A DNA stretch of 64,000 bases, taken from positions 62,001 through 126,000 of the forward strand of contig CAXLNC010001113.1 of NCBI GenBank assembly GCA_964187785.1, in the 5' to 3' direction. The DNA comes from Amphiscolops sp. MND2022 (Eukaryota). Below, in pieces: positions 11,761 through 24,448 of this stretch (within the stretch, counting starts at the first letter, position 1; every line of letters starts with the position of its first letter). Position numbers and translations under genes: made by a program. The notes beneath the pieces are model-generated. The model worked only from the letters and a program-made list of their open reading frames with translations, searched no databases and was not told where the DNA came from.

Positions 11761-14700
11761 GGCCTCGAGGTTTATCTGTCAGGCACAGGGAGGGGGCAGC
11801 AAAACATCATCAAAAAACACCGATTTTTGAACCAGGGAAATCTTGGGAGTTGGCCTTTCAGTGGGAACCCCAAAGCCCTGCACCCCCCAAGGTTGAGAAG
11901 GCAGTTCCAGGTAGTGTAACCCCCCGCCAGCCCAAAACAAAAAGAGTCAGGGTTCTCATCACTTCCTTTTTCTGTACTTCACACTTTGATGAGCAGCTCT
12001 TTTCTGGCCCCAAAGTTTCCTGGAAATTCACCCTCGATGGCCACTGAAGGTTGAGGTCACCGTCCAGCGACCCTTTTCGCGTCTGTGTTGCAGGGGTGAC
12101 AGTGCATAGAAGCGCGCGTTACAGTTGCACAGTAGGACAGTGCTTAGTACATGGAGTTGGGTTCTGCAGCCACAGTGGGTGGGTTTTGGTTTCGAAGGAA
12201 AATGTCGTGGTGGAGGCCTCTGCTCAGAGGCAAGTCCACCAAGACAGCAACTCTGTTGTTACCATCCTGGGCATACCGCACAGGCCCCAAAAAAAAGCAG
12301 TCATCCCTGGACTGCAACATTCCTGGGCCTGCCCAAAGCTCCCGGTTACAGTGATGTGGGGACTGAAGCGTCACAGCCCCCAGAACCCCCAACGGCGCAG
12401 TTTGGGAGTGTTACTCCCACTATCAAAACACAAACAAAATGATTGAGGCTGCGACTAGCCACGTGACACTAGACCTCCTTCTTGGCTAAGAACGACACAA
12501 GCCCTAGTGAAAGCAGGCTTTTGGCCGGGGTTCGATTATTTCAAAGCTGTTTTTTTGGGGCCATAGAACCAAATTTTTGAGCGGGGCTTGGCAAAGTGGA
12601 CTTGCTGACACAACACGAAGGCGACGGGCTTCTGCTTCAGAAACGGATAAAATAGTAATAGGGTCAGGTCCTTGACAAACACGAGCTTCTTCCTCCAAGG
12701 GCATTGTGCCAGATAGCCCTACGACTTCAAAATACACCCTAAACCGTTTCAGTTCCTGCATGCAGCCCTGAAGGGAACGCTCTAGCACCGGAAATTTCAG
12801 GTCCATTGCATCCCTATCCATTCTTGGAGCCTCAAGAAAGACAGTTGCAGTCTGCAATTGCAAAGGGGGGGTTGTCGTTCCTGTGTAAAGACAGACACGA
12901 CAATAGGACACCTATGCTGGAGCTTGAACCAAGGGACCACTGTAATACAATGGTTCATGCCAGGCAATCACAACACACGACATGAAAATACGTCGACTCT
13001 GTCATGCCACGGGCTTTGGGGTCAGTCCTTGTTTTCGGCAAATCTGGTGGCTGCTTGTTGCTAATCAGAAGAAGCTCACGGACAGCCACCACATACTCAA
13101 CTCACGATAGGGATCACAAGCCTTGCGTTGGGAACCCGCACGGCCTCAGGGAGAAGACCGGTCAGAAGCACCTGGTAGTCATAACTTGGACAAGTCTGGT
13201 TGCACACTGGGGGGCCATAGGAGACTGACTCTCACACACTCTGAGGCTCGGATTTGCACTGGCTAGTCAGCGATCGCCAAAAGCAGCGGCGTCTCCATTG
13301 CTTTTGGAAATTAACGTGCACTTCATCCACAAATGTAAGAACTCTCCGGAAGAGCTGAGCGGACAAGCCAAGCTACTCCCCTGAACCCTTCCGTTTTTTT
13401 CGTGCAAATGGGAATTCTGAAGCAAGTCCTTTTTTGAGAGAGCTTGGCAAGCTGGGCTTCCTGTCTACAACGGTCTGGCCTTTCTGGACATTCAGAGTTC
13501 CTGGCCCGCGTCTCAATTTGTTTTGTGAGCTTCTGTGTTGAGGATGCTAGTTTACACGGTGACATGATCGCTTGCATTGGAGACATCAGCTTAGTGTAAG
13601 GCTGGCCGTTCGTCCCGCCATAACCTAAATTGAAGAGTCGGAGAAAGCCAAAAAGAGAATCAGTATTGCTGAACAGAAACACGGAGTAGTAGAGCCTCAT
13701 CCCATCTCGGAATTCAAGGAAGGTCAGCAGGCATGGCGCAGTCTTGGCCACCAGGTTCTTGGTTTTGTTGTTGTTAGACCAGGTCTTCTCCAGCATCAAG
13801 GATTTTGTTTTTGTTTGGGGGGGGGGGTTTCGGGGTTGCCAGCATCTTCACACGCAAGCACTGTGGCAACGGGAAGAACAAACTTTCTTGGAATCTTGGG
13901 TTTGGGCAAGCTACATAGTAAGGTCGCCAGATTCTTGAGAATGCACTTCAGAAAGTAGGAGGGATTCCTCCTTGTTGAAGAGGTGTAACGTAGTCGTAGA
14001 GTTCAGCCACGATCTCGGCAGTGTTACTACTTTCCAGTTTTGCCAAAGAAAATTTTGCCCCCCCAAATTCCAACGTCCCTGAGTTCTGTACAGGACTACT
14101 TCGCAAGGAGAAAGAGTGGACATCCAGTAGTGAAGGGTGTGGGCCAGTGTCTTCCTACGTTTTGGGTTGCTTCTCTGACCTCCAGCAAATCGGTTTTGTT
14201 GCGACACCGGTTTCTGAAAAGGAGTGTGCAAGACTACCAGACAGACATACGCAGAAAGAACCTCCAAATCTTTGAGAGCCTCAAAACGGGTAGTTGTTCA
14301 CACCTCTCAAAACTGGCCCGAACTGTTGCTTCAGTTGCCTTCAGACGCATCCGTGTCATCCGTATCAGATCCCACCCCAGTGCTTGCACCCTGACCTCTT
14401 GGCCACGTGGCCACTTGCGTGATGCTCGAACTCAGGCACTCATAGCCATGTCCTGATCAGCTCTGTAGGAGCATGTAGGAGGCAATGTGGCAGCAGTGGG
14501 CTTCCTTGGAGGCCTGTGTGTGGGCACTACGACACCCCAAAAAGGCCAAGCAACAGTTTCGAAAACAATGCTGGGATGTGCGAAGCCCTCAGCTGAACAC
14601 TTCTTTCTCTGTCTTATAATGCTGCGTTTCTTCTGGCAGTCACATTGGCAAAAGAGACCCACAACCATTGCCCCCGCAATCGGGTTTTGATGCAGGAAAC

Positions 14701-14909
14701 ACACAAACGTTGTTGGTTTGCACTTGGCCGGCGGCAGATTTGGACTTAGCGCTGTGCAAGGGGTGTGGGTGGGGGCTGGGGAGTGCAAACAGGCGGACAT
14801 TCCTAACAAGACACACACAAGGACAGTGGAGATAGCGTGAATTCGAGATAGGCAGAGCGCTGTTCGTTTCAGCATTTTCACAGTTTGGAAGTGTTTTGGG
14901 TTCTGGGAA

Positions 14910-17900
14910 TTGCTACGAAATCATCTCTTTAGCCCCAGCCACACACCCGAGGATGATGAAGATGATGATTGCAGAGGCAGTCTGCCTGGTAACTTGCAGG
15001 AGTTCCTTCAGCCTCAAGCCAGACCCATGGAAGCACTGCTTGCAAATCCAGTATTGCCAGTAGAGGAGGTGGATGGGGCAGAGCAAGAAGATGTCATCAA
15101 GATCAAAGTGTTGCGCAGCATCGAGGAGCTTGCCCCAATGATCAGGCCAGAGGTTCAGTATTGCAGCAGCAATCATCTCGCGAAAGTCTTGGCTTCTTTG
15201 GCACAGGTTAGTCACAATGTCCATCAGGAAGCATTCGCCAATGTCCTGACCTATGTGAAGGCAATGAAGGCTGCAAAGATGGTAAAGCCAATCATGCTGC
15301 TGCATTCACAAAAATACGACGAGACCCCGCTTAGAATACGGGTGACATTCCCATCCGATCCCAACTCCGGGAGTGACTCTCAAATTGCCAAGCTTTTCGT
15401 GGTGGAGGGTTCGTGGACCATGGTTCTTGCAAGGTCCGATGTTCCTGAGCCAGAGTCTGTGCAAGAAGGCCTTGGCAAGAAGTTCTTGTTGCTGCGAGGG
15501 GACGCGCCCCCCACGTTGAGGTGTGGGAGCTCAGCCACAGCCCAAAGCATTAGGGCCATCCTGGCCACTGCGTGGGAGCCTGGTGAGGAGGCAAGAGCTG
15601 TGTTTGACCACTCAGTCAGGCTGACGCAGACAGACGAGTTTGCAGCGAATCGTGCGGCAGAGCGCATGCGTCATGACTCTGTACGTGAAGAAGGTCCATC
15701 TTGGACACACTTGCCCAGTTACTGCGCCGCTCATAAGGTGCATGGAGCCACACAAAAGACGTTGAGTCTGTGCGCGGCTCGGATAAAGGGGGTCGCCCGA
15801 ACCCTCTTGGTTTGCCAAATGGCAGGTTGGCTGGATCTATGGCGCAGGAGATTGAAAGCCTATGTCTTTGAGCATGTTAAGCTGGTAGCAGTCAGGCCAT
15901 TGACAGAAGAAGCCACAGCGTTCAGAGCACAGATCATGAAGCTCTTCTTTGAGAAGTGTGGCTCTCAGCATGCCAAGATCCTTGTAGCAGCTCTGTCGCA
16001 TGTGCTCAACGGCGATTGGCGCCGTCAGCCATTGATACACATGTGTGGAGGTTGTTGTCAAGATCCACGTGATTGTGCCTCCAAGATCTTGGACCTTCTG
16101 CTGCAACTTAGCAAGACCCTCAAACCAAGAATACTGAACAGATCCAATTGGATGAGGTGGCACGAGGGCATGAACTTCCTTGGAGCATTCATGGGGATAC
16201 ACAACATCTTCGTTCCCATCTTCAAAGACATGCTCCTGGCTCCTGGGGGCGCTCAAGAGGTCAGAGCCTGCAGTAGGGCACGACGATGATGAGATGGTGG
16301 AGCTCCGAAAGACTGTGGCAGAGAACAAGCGCGTTGCTATGGAGTGGGTTAACGGGGACCCGCTTGAATCAGTGATGTTGATCAGATCTGCCCTGGACCC
16401 CACCATTGCCTTGATGAAGGCTCTGTTGAAGAGATGCAGCCCCAACTTCCACATTGATCAGTGTTCTCACCAGCTGAATGGCCAGACAAGAGACTATGCT
16501 GTGTTGTCCCTGGCAGAGGGGGAGTTGGTTGATACCTTCATCCATCAAGCATCAGAGCAGTTGCAGGCGCCATCGACATGGATGGCCATGGCACGGACAG
16601 AATCTTCTTGCAATGAGACATTCCGTGTCGCAATGCGCTCTGTGGGGACTGTCTTCTTGCTCTTGGCTTGCAGCTGGTCACGATATCCGTGGAGGTTGTT
16701 CCTGGTGCTGAAGGTGCCCTTGGGGGAGGCCATTGCTCGGGAGCTGGAGAGGATCCGTGCACAGTGCCCATGCATTCTTGACCCCTGGACAGTGCAGTAC
16801 TTGGAGTGGTACCCAGATGTGCGAAGCCCTGAGAGCCTCGCCTTCTTGTCAGCAGTGGCCCTTGATCTGGACACCACAACCTGGACTACAGAAACATTGC
16901 ACAGCAAACATGCAAGGAGAGCACGCTCTCGTGTGCACACCGACCGGATGCATCTGCAGAGCTTGGGTGTCATGCATGCAGCCAGCACGGCACCAAAGTG
17001 GCAGAGAGAGCTGGAGGCCACACAAGTCCCTGACGAAGCTGGTGAAGACCAAGAGGCCTGTTCTCATGCTGCGAGCCCGTTACTTGTGACCATTCTTCGC
17101 CATGATATCACTGTCACACGCAACAAGCGCTAGTGACTATAGTCTTGCTAGTTGTTTCTCGCAGAGTTCTTGCGAATCTTGTGCACCAGCTTGTGCAACT
17201 CAGAAAACCTCAGATTTGGTCCAGCCTAATTTGATGGTGAACTCGGTAAGCCACAGCAAGCCAGCTAATCAGAAAGCTTCTTGTGTCCAAGCTCATTCCG
17301 TGGAGGTAGAAGCGCTTCTGTGGAGCTAGACAACCACTGTGTCAAATTTTCACACAAGCATAGAAGTGGTGTGGTTGCTTGGAATCTTGCCAGCTTTGTT
17401 TACTTGTCCCCTCCCTCTAGAGACAGCTTCACGTTAAAGTCTGCCGAGTCGAAAGAGTTGCAGACAGCAACACATTGCAACGTCTCAATCAGCAAGTTGT
17501 CCGTGCGTCCTTCACAGACAATCATACTTACGTTCAATGTCTTTCTGGGCTGACAGTTGTTGTCGGACCGGGGCTTGGAGAGAAAGGGTTGTCGTCTGTG
17601 TTGGTGAGAAAGTCGTTCCTGGCAAGTCGCTCCTGGTGGGTAGATTGCTTGCTTGCTAACACCCCTTGTGTTGGAGGCTGTTGCAGCTGTCGGTGTGGCC
17701 AGACGAGGAAGAGGAGGCGGAGGGGCTTGGAGAGCCTTTGTCCATGCGAACAGCAAGAAGCAGAAGTGGGGTGCCAGGGGGACCTCTACCTTGGCGCAGG
17801 AGTATCAGCAGCTGAGTCCTCGCACGAAGGCTTTCTTTCTGGACGCTGGACGCGCAGGCACTGCGGCCCATAAAGTTGGTGGAAGCGCCTTTCCTTGCTA

Positions 17901-19428
17901 TTCTGCCTCAGCTGCTAAGGCCAGACAAGGTGCACTGTCAGAACGCGTGATCATTGGTGACTCCAGCGCAAGATCATTGGATCCAGTTCAGCAGCAGATT
18001 CAGCTTGCGAAGCAAAGAGCTCGCAGAGAGCGCAGAGAGCAGCAGGAAGAGCACCAGCACAAGTGCGTGGCCCTCAAGAGCTTCTCAGCGAAGGCCACTG
18101 AAAGAGTGTTGGAGTCACAGCAGCTGCTGAAAGGTCTCGACTTCCCCACCTTCTTTGCCTTCCCTCACATGTTTGATGCCTTGCAGACTTCGATACAGAT
18201 GAATCGAATGCCTGCAGCAACCTTGGAAGGCCATGGGACATTGGACGCTTTGAAGAAGGCATGGGATGAGCAGCATCTTGGAGTGAGGCCTTGCAGTGGG
18301 CAGCCTGGCCCTGCAAAGCCTGTAAGTCGCTGCTGGAGATTGCAAAGGTGTTTGTGCTCTGTGGCAACAAGAAGAATGAGGCTGTTCATTCAGCAAGCAG
18401 TGCTCACCTGGAAGAGATTAGTCAGACTTGGGGCATTGGAGGAGAAGCTTCTCGATGGTTGTGTGGTCATCAAGTGGACCTCCCACCAAGATGCTGCAGA
18501 TACAGCCATCATCGAGATGCACTACACTCACATCCCGTTGCATTACAGATCACCTTGGAGACCATGTCTCTTGCTTTTGAAAAAGGTGGCCGACATGACT
18601 CCCATGCAAAGTGCGGAGTTCGAAGTCCTTCGCGGAGATGGGAGAGACAGGCTGACCCTGAAGCAGTTGGAATCCTTTCTCCTGGAGTTAGATATTGAAC
18701 AAGCTTGGCGAATGCAGTTTCTGACCTTGAGCTCCCGACCTCTTTGCTGCAGGGCAGTTGCTGGACAAGTCTACATTGAGGAGGAAGCCATCTCCACGGG
18801 AACATGCTTCTGGCAGGGGAGAGACCACAAAGCCCCGAGGCAAAGGAAAGCAAAGACAAAGAGCATTGTGGAAGCACTGAACATAAGTGCTTTGTCTGAC
18901 GAGGAGGAGCCGAATGACATGCCCTCTGCTTCCTCCACTGTGCCCACCAGAACTCGTGCAGGCGATGCAGAGCCCATGGAAGAGGTCCTTTTCTTTGACA
19001 GCGCCAACAGAGACGAGCAGTTTGAAGAGGAGGAGGAGGAGGACGTCATCAGCAACTACTTCTCGGAAGGAGAAGAAGTTGGTTTGCAGCTTCTGTGTGG
19101 CGATGCGCAACCTGACCAAGCAGATGCACCTTTTGTGGAAGCAGGCATTCCTGGAGGTGCCACAGGTTCATCCGAGAATCCACAGNNNNNNNNNNNNNNN
19201 NNNNNNNNNNNNNNNNNNNNNNNNNNNNNNNNNNNNNNNNNNNNNNNNNNNNNNNNNNNNNNNNNNNNNNNNNNNNNNNNNNNNNNNNNNNNNNNNNNNN
19301 NNNNNNNNNNNNNNNNNNNNNNNNNNNNNNNNNNNNNNNNNNNNNNNNNNNNNNNNNNNNNNNNNNNNNNNNNNNNNNNNNNNNNCTGCTCACTTTGCAA
19401 GCAGATGTGGCCACCTCAACTCAGCTAG
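14910..19428 (+). CDS. Large DDE-transposase-like gene (CxxH type) with an HMG-box-like segment; one frameshift near 16250, one intron, and an assembly gap inside
   Basis: Candidate catalytic motifs: KYDETP, TQTDEFAAN, YCAAHKVH and WTTETLHSKH. GGGGAWRAFVH...LAQEYQQLSP is HMG-like. ORFs 14910..16289, 16180..17055 and 17677..19428 are joinable. The family assignment is by motif spacing only. Confidence 0.55.
17056..17676 (+). other. GC-AG intron, 621 bp, phase 0
   Basis: Donor GAG|GC and acceptor GAG|GCT, with a CTAAC branch-like site at 17656-17660. Splicing joins EDQE to AVAAVG in frame. Confidence 0.7.
19186..19385. other. Assembly gap (200 N)
   Basis: Run of N. Confidence 1.
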
Positions 19429-19429
19429 C

Positions 19430-19959
19430 CTTCTCCTGGCCCGTGAGTTTCTTTTGTTTGATATGTTTTCCTGTTTGCTTTCAAAAGGGCTTCTTACATT
19501 TCTCTCTCCATTGTTTTCTGTTATTATTGTTGTTGTTGGTCTTGATGATGTAGTTATTTTGGATTTTTTTTGTTGTTTTTGTTGTGTTGGTTCCGGGTGC
19601 TTTCTCGTTCTCCAAAAACTCGTTTCCCCCCTGAAGAAGCCTTTTTGTGTATATGGTCCTCTCCTTGTGTGTCTCTGTTCTGGTTTTATTCTTGCTCTTC
19701 TTCTCTTGTCTGTCTTGTTTCTTCTTGCGTTGCTTCATATTGCTTCTGTTCCTCGTCCTCCTGTTTGAGTTTCTGTTTTTGCTTTCTGCTGTTCCTCATC
19801 AAAAGACCAATTCGTGGAGAGCAAGAGGGGAAGGGTTTCTTCGATGTCTTTATTTTTTTGGCTTATGTTTTGCTTCTAGTCTGTCCTTTGCTATTGTTTT
19901 TGGTTTCTTTCGGTTGATATCATGATGTTGCTGTGTTGGTGCTATTGGTGATGTTCAAG

Positions 19960-19993
<34 letters not shown>

Positions 19994-20720
19994 GGTGCTG
20001 ATTCTTAGAGAGACAGAGTCGAAGAAGAGAGCAAATAATAATAACAAGAAGAAGAGGAATAATAATAATAATAATCATAATGATAATAAGAGGAGGAATA
20101 ATAACTAAAATAAGAAGAAGAACAACAAGAGGAAGAACAAGAAGAACAACTGTATTTGTGAGAAGTAGATGAAGAAGACAAATAAGGAAGAACAAGAAGA
20201 AGATGATGATGATGGTGATGATGATGAAATTAAGAAAATGAAACAGGCCCGAAAAACAGGAGTGTTAATTCTTTGTCCACCATGCACCCGGCCTCCAAAC
20301 AATTGTGTTGGGAGTCCTGCTTAAGACAACCAATTTTTTTTTGTTTGTTCAGCTGTTGTTCACAGGGATCCATATTAAACCTAATTTCTATAGTGTTTTG
20401 AGCTGATTTACAAAGGGCTATTTTGGCGGTTGTTCACACAAATGCGAGTGTTAGTCACTTGTCCACGCGAGTGTTATTAGTTTGTCGATGGTGTTTGCCC
20501 AAGAAAGGCCAATTCAGGTGGACAAATTACTGGCACTCATGTGGACAAGTTATTAACACTCGATTTCTTCATTGAAGATGAAAGTTTGGTCAAACACGGG
20601 GGGATATGGTTCTTGGAGATAAAGCAAACAAAAAGAACAAGAGAAATATGGACAAATTTCTGGCACTCAAAACGAAAAAAGGTGGACAAATTACAAACTC
20701 TCGGATGCATGCATGTACCA
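19430..20720. repeat. Low-complexity (GTT/CTT/AAG/AAT) tract followed by a GTGGACAAATTACT subterminal-motif array; probable non-autonomous element
   Basis: Simple repeats at 19430-20230. Motif copies lie near 20458 (inverted), 20518, 20541 and 20682. A related element is at ~44100-46160. Confidence 0.6.
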
Positions 20721-20975
20721 TTCTCACAAAAATGTTACACGAAGCTCAAGACTTTGTTTTCCGAATGAACTGCTTTCAGAGTTACGAACGCGAATGCGAA
20801 ACCGAATTTGAGAGGAGGAGGGCAAGTATTTATCACATGCGTATGTGGGAAATAGGTGGACTGACATGTGAGCATGAACGTGAAAAATCGTTTGTTCAAA
20901 TGAGTATTGAAACGAAAGCTAAAGCCACAGGACATGTTGGGAGAACTAAATTCACATGATTTGCGTGGCAATGGT

Positions 20976-21570
20976 ATGTATGTATGTAATGTAATGTAAT
21001 GTAATGTAATGTAATGTAATGTAATGTACTGTGCCGTCGTTCACAAAATTACTACATACATAAACATTTGGTTTGCGAATTACTGTCTTGCCAGGTTACA
21101 TCGCAATTACACAGCAACTTCTCGAGAGAACCTATTTTTGCATGTCCCTCTGTTCCTTGGCTGGCACTGAGTGGGGTTATGGATTGGTGGCGTATGGAAT
21201 GGCCATCTTCCAGAGTCCAGAAAATATTTACCAGAGGCCGAAGTTTGCAGGAAAATTCCTGAAAATTCGCAGAAAGAAGGATCCTCGCCAAATTTCAGGC
21301 TCTGAATTTTGGAATTCCAGAGCCCGAAAAAATGCAATTCCATACCCCCAGCCAGTCCATACCCCCACTAGACTCCCTCTTAGTTTCCTGTGGTGCAATA
21401 GCATCAAGTACAATTGCATAATACATAGCTTAGAGAATCATTTGTGTTGTGTTGCCGGGTTACAATGACAAATACATGTATTATTCCCTTGCAAAGTATT
21501 TATGTAATAGTTTTGTGGACCATGGTAATGTAATGTCATGTAATGTCATGCAATGTAATGTATGTATACA
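20976..21570. mobile_element. (AATGT)n microsatellite interrupted by a ~500-bp TIR element (~21028-21526)
   Basis: AATGT runs on both sides. Imperfect TIR: CACAAAATTACTACATACATA versus reverse complement CACAAAACTATTACATAAATA. Confidence 0.65.
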
Positions 21571-23173
21571 TGTGTGTGATGAAGCAGTGACCTTGACCAC
21601 CTTTGACCACTTCTAAAGCAAAATGCCTATTGTCTGTGCCGATGTCATCAGGGTGAACCACTCGTCAATTGTAGGTTGGCCCAGTTACCAGCTTTAGAGA
21701 CAGTTGATGACAATGTTGGCCTTCCAAGAAGTTTTTGTAGAAAACAATCACATACCCCAGAGACCCAGACCCAAAGTTCTATTTGTAACCCTTCTCGTCA
21801 AAAGGGTTGTTTCACAAAGCTTCTTTCCAATGAAAGCCAACATTCAGGCCCAACTAGAACTGAGACCAAACAACATAGCAGAAAGACAAACAACCGAAAC
21901 AGTAAAGCAAAACAAGTGCAATAAAGAAAGCAGTGGGAAGCTGAAACAAATCTATACTTAGCAACAACAACACAGCGACAGCCACGGCAAGAACACCAAC
22001 CAATAACCTAAAGAGATGTTCTCATGATTTAAAATGTGTTCATGTAGTCTCGCGTGAAAGGACTACATGAGCTCTACTCGGGAGATTCCTGCTATCATTG
22101 TTATAATGAGTAACTCCCAAAGTCGCATGACATTGCACAATGTATCATTTTTGGAGGTTGATTTTGAAAGGTCTATGTGAAGAGAATGCATGGTCAACAA
22201 TTGTACCTCATAAGTTGCCGTTTGATAAGCTATGTTAGTGTTACATGCTTGTACATAACTTTTGCCAGCAAATGTTAGACAGCATGGCTCTGTCCATTTC
22301 ACGGCCACTGAAATTCATGAGCATGCCAGGCACATGGCGTGTCCAGGATTTCAGGAGCAAGTGTGCCCCAGGAGAACTCAATCTACCTACGGGGGGGGGG
22401 ATCGTTACAAACCTCCATCTGCTAATCCTTATCTACCATCAGGGCTTTGCTGAGGCACTGGGGGTACTTGAACCAACCCAACTTGATCGCTAACATCTTG
22501 GAATCACCTCCCATGACATGCACATAGCCTTCATTGAGATCCAATCCAAATAGAAGCCCTATAGGCCCGAATCGACCCCTCCAGAGAGGATTGCTACCCT
22601 TGAATAGTCAGAAGAACGCCGATGTTTTTGTCAGTCTTTCCGTCTGCTCATCTATCATTCAGTCCATCCATGTCTTTTCGATCCATGTAAGTGTCTCCAT
22701 CTAGGGGGATATTTGCATTGGTGGTGCTGTTTTATTCAGTGGAGTGCTAGCAGATACCGGATTCTGGCAAAGAGGCAGGTAGTGTAGCTGTTTCTGTTGT
22801 TGTTTTTGTTGTAACTCTTTTTGTTGGGGTCTTTTGGATTATTCCATTTTGTTGCGCAAGGACATCTAGTTGAACGTGTGCCTAGTAGAATGCTTGGGAC
22901 CCCAGACTTAAGATCTCCAGGTTGCCTCAGCTCATATCTCAACAAACTAGCATGGTTGAGGTTGTTGCCAAAGTGACGAGCAGCTTGAAAACCCATGCAG
23001 CATCATGAACAAGTCTGTCCAGCGCATGCAGACAGCGTGGCGCCAGGAAACGGCTTCATTGACGATGTCAATGGCTGGGACTTCTGGTCTGATGACAAGG
23101 CAGGCCTTAGAGCTCTTGGGCAAAGAAGGATGCAAAAAGAAAGAAAATGAAGAATAATAATGATAAAGGAGTG

Positions 23174-23216
<43 letters not shown>
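23174..23216. repeat. (TAG)n microsatellite
   Basis: About 14 perfect units. Confidence 0.95.
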
Positions 23217-23219
<3 letters not shown>

Positions 23220-23661
23220 AAGAAGAAACCAAAGGGGGGTGGGGACAAAGGACAGAAGCGAGGCCTCTGCAAACAGACCATTGTCAGAAGCAGAGCCAGT
23301 CACAATGAAATGAAAATATGGAGAGAGGACCTTTCCAAAAGGACTTTTTCAAGAGGCATGTACATGACGCGGCGCTTGGTTAGCAATGTCCACCCATCTG
23401 CAGACAAGGCCAGCTTCCCAACCCCTCGCAACCAGCTGGCCTGCCTGTTCTGACGCAGGGCGTTCCAGGGGGAACATGGAGGTCTTTCACAGGTTGCTTG
23501 GGTCGGTCGTCCATTGGTTGCGACACAACTTCACTTGGACCTCCTTTCTAGTTGCACATATGATGTCTGGGTTGCTTCAATAGATCTAGCTTGCTAGCCT
23601 TTTTCTTTCTACATCCCACCTCCCTGCGAAGAAGGGCAGAAAACCCCTGTGTGATCGGCTC

Positions 23662-24435
23662 TGTGAAGGGTCATGAATGATGGATGGGGAAGAATTTGCT
23701 CTCACGATTGGCACTGTCTCCATACTCTCACTCAAACCCCTGTCGCTGGCAGCTCGGTCTCTGACAGAAGGAATCACTTCGAATGACGAACTTCCAACTG
23801 CACCACCGACTGGTGTGTAGGGATGTGCTCTCGGAACGCCGTTGGTGGGGGAACTTGCTGGGATGATCGAACCTTCAGATATGGGTACTTCAGCTGGGTC
23901 CCTAATCAGTGTTTGAAGTCGTGGGGGGATCAGGAAGTCGCGAACGCCCTCTCTCTTTCCGTTCTATCTCCGCAAGACTGGTCTTAGTTCTGATCCTTCT
24001 TTTTACACGGGGGCTATGAGACGACCCCACAGTATCAGATGGCCTTCGGGCATGCGCATGCCCAACTAGTAGGTCTTCTCCCAATGGAAGGCGTAGGTTC
24101 CCTCTTCCCAACTCCACCATGCCTCTCGGGCGAATGGAGTGGTACTGGAGGCTCGCCCCTTCCTGAGATAGACTTGGCTATATGTCTTTGATTTACGGTA
24201 AAACAATAGGTGTGATTAAGAATTCTCACGATGATGCTAGCCACTATCTATATCTCAAGGATCACACCCAATCTCTCTTCAGTCTTCAGCCAAAATGGCT
24301 TGAGGACGGAGGTGACATGCTAAGCATGCAGTTGCATTCTAGTCAAGAACAGAACCTCTCCTGGACCTGACATGACGACAAGCTCAATAAGTTGCCCGAC
24401 CCCAATGGGTTTGCAAAGGAGGAGGCCCATTGACA
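23662..24435 (-). repeat. 3' LTR of copy B (774 bp, TG...CA)
   Basis: 23662-23966 matches 43418-43720 with 4 substitutions and two 1-bp indels. Confidence 0.95.
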
Positions 24436-24448
24436 CTCCCCCTCGCGG
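24436..24448 (-). promoter_or_regulatory. Polypurine tract of copy B
   Basis: CCGCGAGGGGGAG directly before TGTCA. Confidence 0.9.

Larger units (their letters stand above)
9430..11763 (-). mobile_element. Copy A: 5'-truncated fragment of the giant copia element (end of ORF2, PPT and 3' LTR)
   Basis: Colinear and homologous with the 3' ends of copies B and C. Homology stops at about 11760. Confidence 0.9.

Noticed and set aside
11764-14400. Assorted 60-160-aa ORFs between copy A and the transposase-like gene
   Set aside because: No recognisable motifs. Some may be upstream exons (for example 14040..14456), but I cannot support them.
22950-23590. Possible minus-strand host exons (ACLVIRPEVPAIDIV...; GPSEVVSQPMDDRP...)
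   Set aside because: The splice sites are plausible, but there is no recognisable domain or independent support.
23657-23661. Target-site duplications for the LTR elements
   Set aside because: The opposite flank is in a gap (B), outside the window (C) or deleted (A), so TSDs cannot be verified.
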